A stretch of DNA of 64,000 bases from Ignavibacteriota bacterium (GTDB taxonomy: Bacteria > Bacteroidota > Ignavibacteria > UBA10030 > CAVZMI01): NCBI GenBank assembly GCA_963835935.1, contig CAWIHK010000005.1, forward strand, positions 186,467-250,466, read 5' to 3'. Positions 20,301-30,130 of the stretch are shown piece after piece. Positions within the stretch are counted from its first letter, which is position 1, and the number at the start of each line of letters is the position of its first letter. The notes below the pieces were generated by a model. It had not been told where the DNA came from, made no database searches, and saw only the letters and a list, made by a program, of their open reading frames with translations. The position numbers and the translations under genes were made by a program.

Positions 20301-20935
20301 TAAAGTTCCTGCCGTTGTCAGCAATTGGACAGTATGGCAAGTGGGCAGTTACCATTAATACAGACTCAGTAACCACGAAGAGCCCGAACGTAAGCTTCAC
20401 AGTTATACCGCGTGATAAATATTATAACGTGACCACTAAGGACACGGTTATTGTCAATATCACGACAAGCTTGTCAAGTGGAATACTGAATTTTGGTTCG
20501 AACCCGAAAGTAATCGTTGGCCCGACAACAATCACCGGTCCTTTGACAAATGCTAAGGGCAATCCTACACTACAGGTTTCGGTGTTTACCAGTGATAACT
20601 CACATCTCTATGCTGCGAGCGCGATTAAGTCACTCGTAGTAGTTGGTGTAGAAAATCCACAAGAGTTGCCGAAATCCTTTGCATTGAATCAGAACTATCC
20701 TAACCCGTTCAATCCAAGTACAGTTATCAGTTACGATTTGCCGGTTAAAGGCGATGTAACTCTGAAGATTTATGATGTTCTTGGAAGAGAAGTAGCTACA
20801 TTAGTGAACGAGAAGCAGAACGCTGGTTCTTACAAAGTGACCTTCAATGCTAGCAAGTTGTCAAGCGGTGTATACTTCTATCAGTTACAAGCTGGCAGCT
20901 TCAGCAGCGTTAAGAAATTGATCTTGATGAAATAA
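17393..20935 (+). CDS. Large secreted Ig-repeat surface protein with T9SS C-terminal sorting domain
   Basis: Signal peptide; Thr/Ser/Ala/Val-rich; recurrent D-x-Y-G-N-like motifs; C-terminal QNYPNPFNPSTVISY...KKLILMK. Confidence 0.85.
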   Translation: MLKTRFGFQKVGWMPLLLSVLLIGALGISTAYAAGAGVTFLKGDTTYIPLQHTKTTYGDSAKYKLANITVVETVAGNLIATATDSVQIKPPANYTFVTDSVVTITASPVGGLKIDTTGFAALGIVQTSQTTVKLKMKNYISFMISTVSSGTADTLTISGLYLQSAQTAANFDSTTAAYIAFSQKGIGANSANLSKLIALPGAYNKIAMIQDPAGEYYAGENDITAIIKLEDAAGNAVVSGSVIPNVKAVLNGTSTQGNGTLSGTTTVTRSDRKDSVTYTAMAYTKAENIQLVFTAPGNTLTSGELHIYPGDPANISVSLLSGKDTLTVDQTVSYTLTVTDQYYNPVLDDWIIDANEATPHGAVISLSGETGQSPFTSLSGQLSATFAPSKYFVGLDTIVFTSSSYDGKVTKSHNLKSPTIKISGATQLQPVLITHGAIGGIIVDYSNDVNNATVTEAIGAGKQIYARAFLRDTYGNPIDFTSPAASTFTISGKLGKSTSLGTPGLTNAIVESGYPNTVKTAVGIAIPYTISTNVRAEVKENNIKSNGKAPKVLTSTLLPDSILVASNGYNLTLTIQNRSDIPAKLSATATTGDSSLVASLYATSLTVTDTVWDQYGNLCNDPGAVKVSPLESAYDIFASTSGFAKFVRAKDTTAADTLLPSAGVVTRTVSPSTVSGADNVVLVAASSSSLTKSTPIWVTPAAFAKIAITPKKDTTAIAGQTVTFNVEKQDQYGNHIDLGLAGGNLRGHLPSTTKPDSASVAADSAALSADTVSTGSNRGGVVTISKRATAGKAGVASVGGTLVATFPFTTYVAGADTQKVYATIGAYSDTALVRSAATGSLSSFKIEIAAADSIHHAGDVVTITVTAQDAASNRIYTYISGGQKLVLNHTGVKAITTADSTFYFTYIRNHKGVVKAGDTLTVNGNSIPDTVFVQGQAKFSLHKFTAEDSINTVSISTVGGAFKATSASGVKFLPLSAIGQYGKWAVTINTDSVTTKSPNVSFTVIPRDKYYNVTTKDTVIVNITTSLSSGILNFGSNPKVIVGPTTITGPLTNAKGNPTLQVSVFTSDNSHLYAASAIKSLVVVGVENPQELPKSFALNQNYPNPFNPSTVISYDLPVKGDVTLKIYDVLGREVATLVNEKQNAGSYKVTFNASKLSSGVYFYQLQAGSFSSVKKLILMK

Positions 20936-20960
20936 CATTCTTCAAATCACTTTTTACACA

Positions 20961-21000
20961 AAAGAGCCGGCTCTTACAAAGAACCGGCTCTTTTCTTTTT
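20961..21000 (+). terminator. Intrinsic terminator
   Basis: AAAGAGCCGG...CCGGCTCTTT followed by T run. Confidence 0.85.
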
Positions 21001-21163
21001 AGACTGATGCTGAGAAACTGCAAAAACATGTCTGGTTAGCTTATTTGATTAATAATTTTGTAACCTGAAACATTTTTCATTAGGCTAATAATTGATGGAG
21101 AGCCTGGAAAATATCTGTCTGTTAAATCATGTAGAGCACTGGCCTGGCCGGTTTTACGAGATA

Positions 21164-21793
21164 AGGCCGTAGGCCTGAAATCTTGGTAGAAAAAAAAGAG
21201 CCATTTAAACTTGAGTTCCGTCAGGAACGGAATATAGAGAAGAGCCTTTATGCCAAATACATACACTCAAATCCACATACAGATTGTTTTTACCGTCCAA
21301 GGACGGAACAATCTCCTACCAACCAAACATCGTGACGAAATTGAAAAATATGTCACAGCTATCGTCCAGAACGATGGTCATAAACTGCTTGCGATCTATT
21401 GCATGCGGGATCATGTTCATGTGATGATCGGACTGCGACCTCAACAAGCACTATCGGATCTGGTCAGAGACATCAAAGCGAATTCCTCCCGTTTCATTCG
21501 CGAATCGGGGATCAAATCGGGGAAATTCTCTTGGCAGGAGGGATATGGTGCCTTCTCTTATTCAATCGATGATATTGAAAACGTAATTCATTATATCCGC
21601 AATCAGGAATATCATCATAAGAAAAAAACGTTTCGGGAAGAATATCTCAATCTATTAAAAGAGTTCAACATCAGATACGATGATAAATATATATTTGAAT
21701 GGATCGATGAAGAGTAGATCAGATTCCACCCCAAACGGGGTTCTAAATTTATTTCAATTCATCATTCTACCGAGATTCCATCCCTAACGGGAT
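21164..21793 (+). mobile_element. IS200-like/REP-associated Y1 transposase module with inverted REP-like flanks
   Basis: Left hairpins AGGCC-GTA-GGCCT-GAAAT and GTTCC-GTCA-GGAAC-GGAAT; right (reverse strand) ACCCC-GTTT-GGGGT-GGAAT and ATCCC-GTTA-GGGAT-GGAAT; TTGGTAGAA/TTCTACCGA in both flanks. Confidence 0.7.
21250..21717 (+). CDS. tnpA: IS200/IS605-family HUH (Y1) transposase
   Basis: DHVH HUH motif, WQEGYGAFS, catalytic Tyr in HYIRNQ. Confidence 0.92.
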   Translation: MPNTYTQIHIQIVFTVQGRNNLLPTKHRDEIEKYVTAIVQNDGHKLLAIYCMRDHVHVMIGLRPQQALSDLVRDIKANSSRFIRESGIKSGKFSWQEGYGAFSYSIDDIENVIHYIRNQEYHHKKKTFREEYLNLLKEFNIRYDDKYIFEWIDEE

Positions 21794-22069
21794 TAGGGGA
21801 ATTCAAAATTAGCTTTATGCAGGAAGGCCGGGCTCGTCCGCCGGAATAACGTGAAGGTGGAAGTGGAGGCGGAAGGAGCGACATATGGAGACGGAATATT
21901 TTCCTTCAAACTACCCAATAGGCTAATATTTGACAAGTAAAACTGACTTTTTCAGCATGAACTAAATAAAAGAACGTGTAAGATCAGAAGATTTATAATG
22001 CGTTTATCTTTTATGTGTGCTAGCTCGAACGGCAGTAGGATAACCGCTCATTATTTCTTTCGTCTAAAT

Positions 22070-24559
22070 CTATTTATTCATAATTTTATCTGCCGCGATT
22101 GCTAATAATAGAAAATCCGTTGTTCCTCCGCCCATCACATATTCAGTCTGCTGCCAGAGATAAGGCCATACTTTGAGTTCCGGAAGATCCGGACGGATCA
22201 ACGCTGTGCCGCTTGCAACACCTCCAGGAATAAATGACCAATCGTCTCTATTGAGCCCGTACGCAGTTGTCAATGAATGCACACCGACCCCGGAAACAAA
22301 AGAATCTGTATTTTCGCCGGGATGAACACCGAGAATGAAATTCAATGCATTAAAAACATTATCGGCTGGAAAATATTTTGGAAAATCAAGGTGGAGAAAT
22401 AACTGCTTGACTCCCAACGATTGTACCTGCCAGCCGTCTCCCCAAACATAAGATTTGTACTGAACGCCAAACGGATTTTCTTTTTGTTGTCCCGAAATAT
22501 TCTCAAAACAATTTTTAACAGCGCTTTCAATTCTGGCCGTAATATTAGCATCATTGATCTTTTTTACCGCTCGTCCAATCACGTCTCCATACTGTATGAT
22601 ATTTTTACAAATAGAATCAATATTTTCACGCAAGACATTCTCAAATTCTTTTTCGGTTGTTGAGAGATAGAGTTCTGAAGCGGCAGATATTCGCTCCGGA
22701 ACTTCAGCTGATTTGTTTTCATGAAAAAGTGATGCAGCAATATTCAAACATTCCCACGCAAGCTCGGGATTTGTTTGTTTCAATACGCGATATGCCGCGG
22801 CCAAGGCTTTCGCTGTCTGAAGTTCATGCCGTGGATTCCGTTCTGTGAAAACCAATCGATCGTCCTTTTTTAAAGGTTGATGAGTGATCAGATCGATTTC
22901 ATTTTCTTTATATACAAGATTATCCGTTGCATTCGAGATATCGCCGGTCTGAATATACTGCTCAAGCGATGAAGAAATTATTCCACGATAAAGCCTTCCC
23001 ATCGAATCGTAACCGCCTACAATCGAACGTACACCATGTTCAATCTGTTCTACAATATCCGGTTTGCCATCCGGCTTATGCAGTTCAACCAAGCGGGCCT
23101 TTTGATCAATTGTTGTCGCATCGTAGTCGATCTTGAATATTTCATAAATCAAAGCGAGTTTATAAACAGTTTCTGCCTGTGATTCTATCCTTAAATCATC
23201 GTCACCAGCATCATGCCACCCACCGACGTTCAAGCCGGGAACATGTTCACCGGGAGTAAATTTTGTGAAAGTTGATTCTTTCTGTGAATATCCATCAAAA
23301 TGAATATAATTTGTCGGTGCCATGAGTGCATCGTCCATATGACACAGTCCATGCCACACTCGATAACGATCCTTCACTTTCATGTGGCACATCTGGACAG
23401 GGAGAAAAGTTTCGAGTGTCGGCTGCCAAACATTTTTGGAATAAATATCTTTCCTGATTTCAAATTCATTAGATTCGATCTTTCCATATTTAATTTGGTA
23501 GATACCTTCTTCAGCAACATCGCTGAAGTCGAATCGGAGATAGTTGTATCGTAAATACTTTCCCCAAAAGGCCGGCTTCTCGGCCATTTTAACAATAGTT
23601 TTTTTATCTTCAGAAATTTTAATTAACTGAATTGGTTCAACATCTTTTGTTAATTTATCCAACTCTATAACTGCGAATTTCGTTTGCTTCGGATGATAAC
23701 CGATTTGAGAAACGTGCACCGCCGGTTGATAACGCCAGTCTTTTATTATTTTCGGAGTAATCGTCCACACAATCGCATTTTTTGTCAATCCCGCAGGAAC
23801 GAGAGAACGTAGCACGAACCAGCCATTATTATGGATAGTCCTTCCGTCAATCAAAAATAAATCACCGCGGCTGTTCTCAATCTTTATCTGCTTTTCTTCA
23901 GTGCCTGGAGCAATCACCAGCTGTTTTCCTGAAGCTAAAAGAACAGGCTTAAGAATTCCTTTTTCATCCTTCTTCACTTCTCCCTGCATGATGCGCGGAA
24001 ACATTCCCGACGTGGTATCCATGATATAATGCTCGCCAAAATAATGAGCAGGAAAAAAGTCGAGGTTCAAGCCGACTTTACCCACGTAAGCTTCGGGCAG
24101 CGGTCTTTCCAGATCGACGACAATCTTAATAGAATATTCACTCGCGATTGTTCTGATGGAGTAGGAAAAACTGACACTTGAATCGTTCGCTGGATCGAAT
24201 CTATTTCTTTCTTTATTTGTATCAGGATATGATAGAGCGACTGTAATAATCCCTTTTTCTTTATCAATATTTTTTTTCTCCATTTTTGGGAAGGCCGACC
24301 ATTGCCCCGCAGCGGGTTCAAGCCGGAGATCTCCATTTGCGGCAATCCGTGTACCGCATTGGATTAGGGTCACTCCCCCTTGGTGCCCATCAGGATAATA
24401 ATCATCAAACACCATAACGTTGAATCCCGGTGTTTCGTAGTATCCCTCTTCATTAATCTTCAGAATAGCATCCATCGGATTCGATTGCCCAAATAAAGTG
24501 GAAACAAGAATTAAGCCGAAAAAAAGAAATACGATTACCTTCGTCAAGTTCATTCCCAT
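22070..24559 (-). CDS. Glycoside hydrolase family 9 with Ig-like N-domain, secreted
   Basis: Signal peptide; VHVSQIGYHP Ig segment; GGWHDAGD catalytic motif. Confidence 0.85.
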   Translation of the reverse strand: MGMNLTKVIVFLFFGLILVSTLFGQSNPMDAILKINEEGYYETPGFNVMVFDDYYPDGHQGGVTLIQCGTRIAANGDLRLEPAAGQWSAFPKMEKKNIDKEKGIITVALSYPDTNKERNRFDPANDSSVSFSYSIRTIASEYSIKIVVDLERPLPEAYVGKVGLNLDFFPAHYFGEHYIMDTTSGMFPRIMQGEVKKDEKGILKPVLLASGKQLVIAPGTEEKQIKIENSRGDLFLIDGRTIHNNGWFVLRSLVPAGLTKNAIVWTITPKIIKDWRYQPAVHVSQIGYHPKQTKFAVIELDKLTKDVEPIQLIKISEDKKTIVKMAEKPAFWGKYLRYNYLRFDFSDVAEEGIYQIKYGKIESNEFEIRKDIYSKNVWQPTLETFLPVQMCHMKVKDRYRVWHGLCHMDDALMAPTNYIHFDGYSQKESTFTKFTPGEHVPGLNVGGWHDAGDDDLRIESQAETVYKLALIYEIFKIDYDATTIDQKARLVELHKPDGKPDIVEQIEHGVRSIVGGYDSMGRLYRGIISSSLEQYIQTGDISNATDNLVYKENEIDLITHQPLKKDDRLVFTERNPRHELQTAKALAAAYRVLKQTNPELAWECLNIAASLFHENKSAEVPERISAASELYLSTTEKEFENVLRENIDSICKNIIQYGDVIGRAVKKINDANITARIESAVKNCFENISGQQKENPFGVQYKSYVWGDGWQVQSLGVKQLFLHLDFPKYFPADNVFNALNFILGVHPGENTDSFVSGVGVHSLTTAYGLNRDDWSFIPGGVASGTALIRPDLPELKVWPYLWQQTEYVMGGGTTDFLLLAIAADKIMNK

Positions 24560-24625
24560 ACATCCTCACAGATTTATGAAAGAGTATAAGTACAGTATAG
24601 TGCATTATTTTTCATTCTTAGTTTT

Positions 24626-25522
24626 TTAATGGGTGATCCATGGTTCAAAAACAAACATCATTCCACGTGCATATCCTTCCGGTTTGGAACCGGAATGATA
24701 TTCCCCATCAAGAATTCTGAATTGAAACCTGAAATTTTCATAATTATGTTTTTTCAGAACCTCGTCAAATCGTTTTATTGCGTTCAGAAAATCGGGATAG
24801 TTGGCAAATTCTTTTTCTGCGCCCGTCATAAAAAGAGAAACGGGCAATTTCGGATGCTTGGTATGAAAATCATCCTCGAGTCGAAACAGCCAATCATTAT
24901 CCCAATTTGCGGCAGGACTAATGGAGATGTATGCATTGAAAAGATACGGTTTGGTGAACATCGTATAGAGAGTGAAAAGTCCGCCAAACGAACTCCCGCA
25001 TAAAACGCGGAAGTTTGTGTCAACTCGATAATGCTGTTGTATATAAGGAATAAAATCATTTTCAATAACGCTCAAAAACTCCCTGCCGCCGCCGGAATTT
25101 GAAAAGATTTCCATTTTTGTCGGCGTATAATCGTGCGTGCGTAACTTTCCATAATCTAAATGATCTCCTTTGTATGAAAACCCGACCAGCTGACATTCGT
25201 TGATTGTTTTATCATAAATTTGTTCACCATATATCATCGCAAGCAATGGGAAATCATAAAATCCGTCACAGAAATAAACAACCGGATAATGCTTATTCGT
25301 GTCTTGGGAGTAACTGTACGGTAATGCAATCATTAGCTCATAGTTCTCTCCGGTGATGTTCGATTTCACTTCTCGAAGTTCCGAATTGCTAATAATGCAA
25401 TGTTGGGTTGCAGGAGTCTGCTGTTGGGCAAGAGCGGGAAAAAGATTCAGAGATAAAAGAATCAGCAACACGTTAATCATTTGCGTCCAACAAAGATAAT
25501 GCATAATAATACTTTCGTCCAA
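24626..25522 (-). CDS. Alpha/beta hydrolase (IroE-like esterase)
   Basis: PVVYFCDG, GSSFGG nucleophile motif, GEYH; start uncertain. Confidence 0.82.
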   Translation of the reverse strand: MDESIIMHYLCWTQMINVLLILLSLNLFPALAQQQTPATQHCIISNSELREVKSNITGENYELMIALPYSYSQDTNKHYPVVYFCDGFYDFPLLAMIYGEQIYDKTINECQLVGFSYKGDHLDYGKLRTHDYTPTKMEIFSNSGGGREFLSVIENDFIPYIQQHYRVDTNFRVLCGSSFGGLFTLYTMFTKPYLFNAYISISPAANWDNDWLFRLEDDFHTKHPKLPVSLFMTGAEKEFANYPDFLNAIKRFDEVLKKHNYENFRFQFRILDGEYHSGSKPEGYARGMMFVFEPWITH

Positions 25523-25618
25523 TCAAAATTATAAATCAGTTATCATTTCCCGCTTGTTGCATCCAGTTCTTTTCACGCTGCACGGAAGCAGTCAATTCCG
25601 ATAAACCTTTGCAGAAAA

Positions 25619-27691
25619 TTATTTTTTGGCTGGATTGAATATCCACACACAGGTATCACGAATAGTCTGTTCTCCACTTAAAGAACGTACTTCGATCTGA
25701 TTTTTCCCTGGCTTCAATTTTACATCTTCCCACAAGAATACATAATCCTGCACGTTCCCTTTTTTACCTTGTGAAATTCCGTTTACAAATAATTCCACCT
25801 CTTTTAAATTTGAATAAACCTTTGCATACGTAGACGGTTCGGTACGATCGACAAACCGGCGGCTTGTAATATAAAGTGTCGGCTCGTTCGACCAGTTCGC
25901 TTTATAAAAGAAAAATGCGTCTTTCTTTGTCTTACGATCGTAAGTGACAAGCCCTTTGTCGTTTCGTCCTGGAATCGCTCCTTCATGCCGAGACGAACTT
26001 GTGAAATCGAACATGTTCCACACGAACGTTCCCCAGACAAACGGCCGTTGTTTCATCGCAGTCCATGCAGCTTCATGAACCAATGCCTGCCATTCTTCCG
26101 GATGCCATTGACCGTCGGTCTTCGGTTGTGCAGGATTTAGTTCGTGTTGAGTTGTATTTGCCCCCGCCCCATACTCGCTTACACAAAGGCCCCCATTTCT
26201 ACTTATAAATCGTCCGCTATCGAGTATGCGGCTAAATTCTTCTTTTGTTCCCCATCCGGGATACCAGCCAGAATAAATGTTCCAGCCGAGGAGATCGGGA
26301 ATTTTGTTCATCTGTTTTAAAACATCATTAGATGTTGCTGCAATTGTTGGTCGAGTTGGATCCTCACCATTTGCTACAATTTTCAAGTCCAGCAGTTCAC
26401 GGTGCGGATCGGGGCGTCCAGGCCATAATTCATTGAACAAACTCCAGACGAATATCGAAGGATGATTCACGTTCTGTCTGATCAAATCAAGTAATTGATT
26501 GCGCGAAGTTTCCTCGAATTGAGATGAAGGATTGATCTCGTTTACCTGTGGAAGTTCCGCCCAGACAAGAATTCCTGCAGTATCGCAAAGACTGTAAAAA
26601 TAACTGCTATGTTCGTAATGCGCGCAACGAATTACAGTACAGCCGATTTCTTTGACTAGTTCAATATCCTCTCTCATGTCGGTCTTGGAAATCGCCCAGC
26701 CTTTATTCGGCCGATCCTGATGACGGTTTACGCCGTGAAGATGATACGGTTTTCCATTCAGAAAAAATCCTTTGTCAGGATCTACACGATAATAACGCAA
26801 ACCGATCGGCTGCTCGATTTCATCGAGCACAACGCCGTCTTTTGTTTGCAATTTTGTGACCGCTTTGTAAAGGAAAGGATCCTGGCGGCCATTCCATAAA
26901 TGCGGTTTGGATACAACTAGACGAATTGAATATGGAGCTGTTACTTCCGGCGTGACGCTGATTGGTTTATCAAATTTCGAAATTATTTTCCCTGAATTTT
27001 CAACAACGAATGCAGATAAAACAAGATTTTCTGATTTTTTCGTAGTATTCGAAATCCATGAAGTCACATCAAGCACTGCTTCTTCATCGTTAACATAGGT
27101 TTGATACCATACAACTCCATCTGACGCGTGATCTGTAAGCGTAAAATCGATCTCGTCGGTCGTGATTAAATATACAGGCCGGTACAATCCGCCGAAGATG
27201 TCGAAGTCACCACTCAATGGCGCAATATCCGGTTCCGGTGCATTACTTACGCGCACAGCGACTATATTTGTGCCAGTGGATGATAGATTTTTCGTCACTT
27301 CAAAACAAAATGCACCGAAAGCGCCGCGATGCTGTCCGATAAGTTTTCCATTCAAGTAAACATCCGCCACTGAACCTGCAGCTTCGAATCGAAGAAAATA
27401 TCGTTTCCCTGCTTTAGGTATTCCTACATTTAAATCAAGACGATACCAACCGGGGCCACGATAATAATTCTTTCCATCCTGCGCGTCTTCCCATCCCCAG
27501 TCATGAGGAAGAATAACACTTTGCCAATCGTGATCGTCGAACTGCAATTGCTCGGCGCCTGAAATCTCGCCGAGTTTAAATCGCCAGCCATTTTCGAGTT
27601 TTAAGATTTCACGTGGATTTGCATTGCAAGTCGAGAACAAAGAAAATAAGCCAACAAAAAAAATGAATAACTTATAATTGTTAGTCATCAT
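25619..27691 (-). CDS. Glycoside hydrolase family 2 (beta-galactosidase-like)
   Basis: HGVNRHQD, IRCAHY, WSLFNE, VSEYGAG motifs. Confidence 0.9.
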   Translation of the reverse strand: MMTNNYKLFIFFVGLFSLFSTCNANPREILKLENGWRFKLGEISGAEQLQFDDHDWQSVILPHDWGWEDAQDGKNYYRGPGWYRLDLNVGIPKAGKRYFLRFEAAGSVADVYLNGKLIGQHRGAFGAFCFEVTKNLSSTGTNIVAVRVSNAPEPDIAPLSGDFDIFGGLYRPVYLITTDEIDFTLTDHASDGVVWYQTYVNDEEAVLDVTSWISNTTKKSENLVLSAFVVENSGKIISKFDKPISVTPEVTAPYSIRLVVSKPHLWNGRQDPFLYKAVTKLQTKDGVVLDEIEQPIGLRYYRVDPDKGFFLNGKPYHLHGVNRHQDRPNKGWAISKTDMREDIELVKEIGCTVIRCAHYEHSSYFYSLCDTAGILVWAELPQVNEINPSSQFEETSRNQLLDLIRQNVNHPSIFVWSLFNELWPGRPDPHRELLDLKIVANGEDPTRPTIAATSNDVLKQMNKIPDLLGWNIYSGWYPGWGTKEEFSRILDSGRFISRNGGLCVSEYGAGANTTQHELNPAQPKTDGQWHPEEWQALVHEAAWTAMKQRPFVWGTFVWNMFDFTSSSRHEGAIPGRNDKGLVTYDRKTKKDAFFFYKANWSNEPTLYITSRRFVDRTEPSTYAKVYSNLKEVELFVNGISQGKKGNVQDYVFLWEDVKLKPGKNQIEVRSLSGEQTIRDTCVWIFNPAKK

Positions 27692-30002
27692 TTTCCTTTT
27701 ATGTAATCTTCATGTGTGATTATTTTTGGGAAATTATAGAGGTTTCTTATTTGCTCCGGTGTGTTATGCGTATCCACAAAATCACTCCAGATCATAAACC
27801 ATGACCACATCGGTTGCTGTTCAAGGATTTCCGGAGTGGGTACTTCACCAACTTCACCGAGTGTGATAATTTTACCCTTTCCCAGTTTGTAAAGTTGATC
27901 GTGATGACTTTGCCGATAATCGTCATGATAAATATCGGTTGCCAGAACGTCAACATATTCCGTCCCCGGGAAAAAATCCTTGTAATCATAAGCTTCATCG
28001 TCGATCAATTGTCGCGGCGCATTTGTATTCCAAACCCATAATAAGTTATTAAGTTTATGGAAGTTGATAAATCGATCGTACAACATTCTATATAAGCCGG
28101 CAGATCCATTTAGACCTTTTCGGTTCCCCCACCAAAACCAAACGCCGTTCGCTTCATGATATGGCCGCCAGAGAACAGGCACGCCAAGTATTTGCAATTC
28201 ATTCAGATATTTTGCAATCGTGTCAACCTGCTCCTGCCAGCGTGAATGTAACTCAGTACCCGGGGTTAATAACTCGTTCCATTGCTTATCTGTCAGCTTA
28301 CCTTGAATGCTTTCATTCCAAGCAAACGGCGGATCGTCCTGCGGCCGGCATGCCACATCAAAGTGATGATGTAGCCTTCTTTGTATTTGTTATAGACCTC
28401 CTGGACTAAACGTTCTGAATAATTCACTACATAATAATTGACGAAATCAACCCCGTATATTTCTGGAGATTTGCCGGTCAGTTCTTTTACACGATTGATA
28501 AATGTATCCGGCCGCGTAATATAATTATGATGGCCGGCGATTATATTTTTTCCATTGATGGAATAAAGGTAATCCAATAATTTTTTTGCTTCAGGTGTGG
28601 CATTTTTATTTACGGGATCATAATGGGCGGGATCATAGGATATTGTCCCTCTCTCCAATCTATTGATGCAATTGATGAGTGCCCGAGACGTATGATAATT
28701 CGCTTTCCAAATTGTCGCTTTTGGAGCCTGCCGTTGTTCCGGTTGAATATCAATTCCACCCCAATACCATCCGCCATGCTCACTATCGATTACATATTGT
28801 TTACAATAATCCCATTGCTTGCAAAATTTTTGATAGTAGTTAAGTTCGTCTTTCGGAAAGAGTTCAGACATCATTAAAAATGAGTTTAACGCTTCGGCTT
28901 GCGACCACCATTCTTTTGTGTTCCTCACGATGGTTGGTTGTTGTTTTCCACGAAAATAATATCCTCCATCAAACAAGCCGCCATGTTCATTATCAAACCC
29001 GAACTTTATGACATGGTCGACCATCTTCTTTGCGATCCTCAACGTCGTCGAATCATTTTTCAATCCAAGGGTCTCCGACGCTTCCAGCATTAGATACGCG
29101 GTTTCAACATCGTGACCGAATGAAATATAATCCAATAATAAATTATTTTGTCTGACTGATGCACTTGAATCTCGGTATGAAAGATGCTTCCAGTCACGAC
29201 TGAAATATAATTTCAAATATTCCTCATCCGTTATCATTATATCGCGGATGACTTTCAAGTGTGAAGCGAGACGTTCCTTCAAAGTCGAATCAGGCCAGAC
29301 TTTGTAGAGTTCCGTTAAACATTCGAGAATATGAATCGCCGAGTTATAATCTTTCGGAGGAGTGCCTTGATATCCATGGATGAACGGTTTTCCATTACGC
29401 GAAAGAAATTGAAAATAACCGCCGTACTGTGAATCATAACTATATTTATCGAGCCACCGAAACGCATCCTGCGCAAACCGCAAAGCATTCGTATCGCCCG
29501 ATGTTCTGTAATATGAAGCCAATCCGTAAATCGCAAAAGAATTTCCGTATGCGCTTTTAATAATTTTCCCATTTTCAGGAATGGGATCACCCTCGCGGGT
29601 CACAAGATCATAAAAGCCGCCGAATTGCCGGTCCCACATTTTATTCCGCAGAAATTCAATTCCATGCACGGCAATATTTCGGAGTGAGTTGTCTGTTTGA
29701 TAAAACATCGCCGCGTTCGATGCAGCCCAAACATGGCGCGCTTGCGTCACAATCATTTTATTTTGCCGGCCTTCCAACTGCCATTGATAATTTATATCGC
29801 TGAAATAACCGCCATGAAGAGAATCAATACACAAAGGATAGAATAGTGCAAATTCTTTCGAAAGAACATTTTGCATTTCTGCCGAGATCGAGTCGCGGTT
29901 TGCTTGGATTTCATTCAGAATTGTCTTCGAATAAGAATTAATAGAGGCTACAAGAAAAAACAAGCCGACTATCAGAGCATATTTCCTAAAAGAAAGATTC
30001 AT
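27688..30002 (-). pseudogene. AGE-family (cellobiose/mannobiose 2-epimerase-like) domain fused to GH26 mannanase; frameshifted at ~28345
   Basis: Upstream ORF has AGE motifs (VTQARHVW, NSAIHILE, SFGHDVE, EWWSQAE, WKANYH) then GH26 N-part; downstream ORF has WRPYHE, DIYH, LGEVG; junction restores MWHAGRPQDD with +4 nt. Confidence 0.8.
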
Positions 30003-30130
30003 AACATTCCACCTTGTTGATAGATCAGTGATAATCTCGTCTTTTCCTGCCACGAAGCATCACCCTTCGACGCGGCTCATATTAAAATTTAGTGTACTAT
30101 TATCTGCTTTCGATTACTTTAAATAAAATT

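Noticed and set aside
21813-21910. HIT-like motif LHFHLHVIP on the minus strand
   Set aside because: Only ~32 codons between stops, no start and no other HIT features; likely chance.
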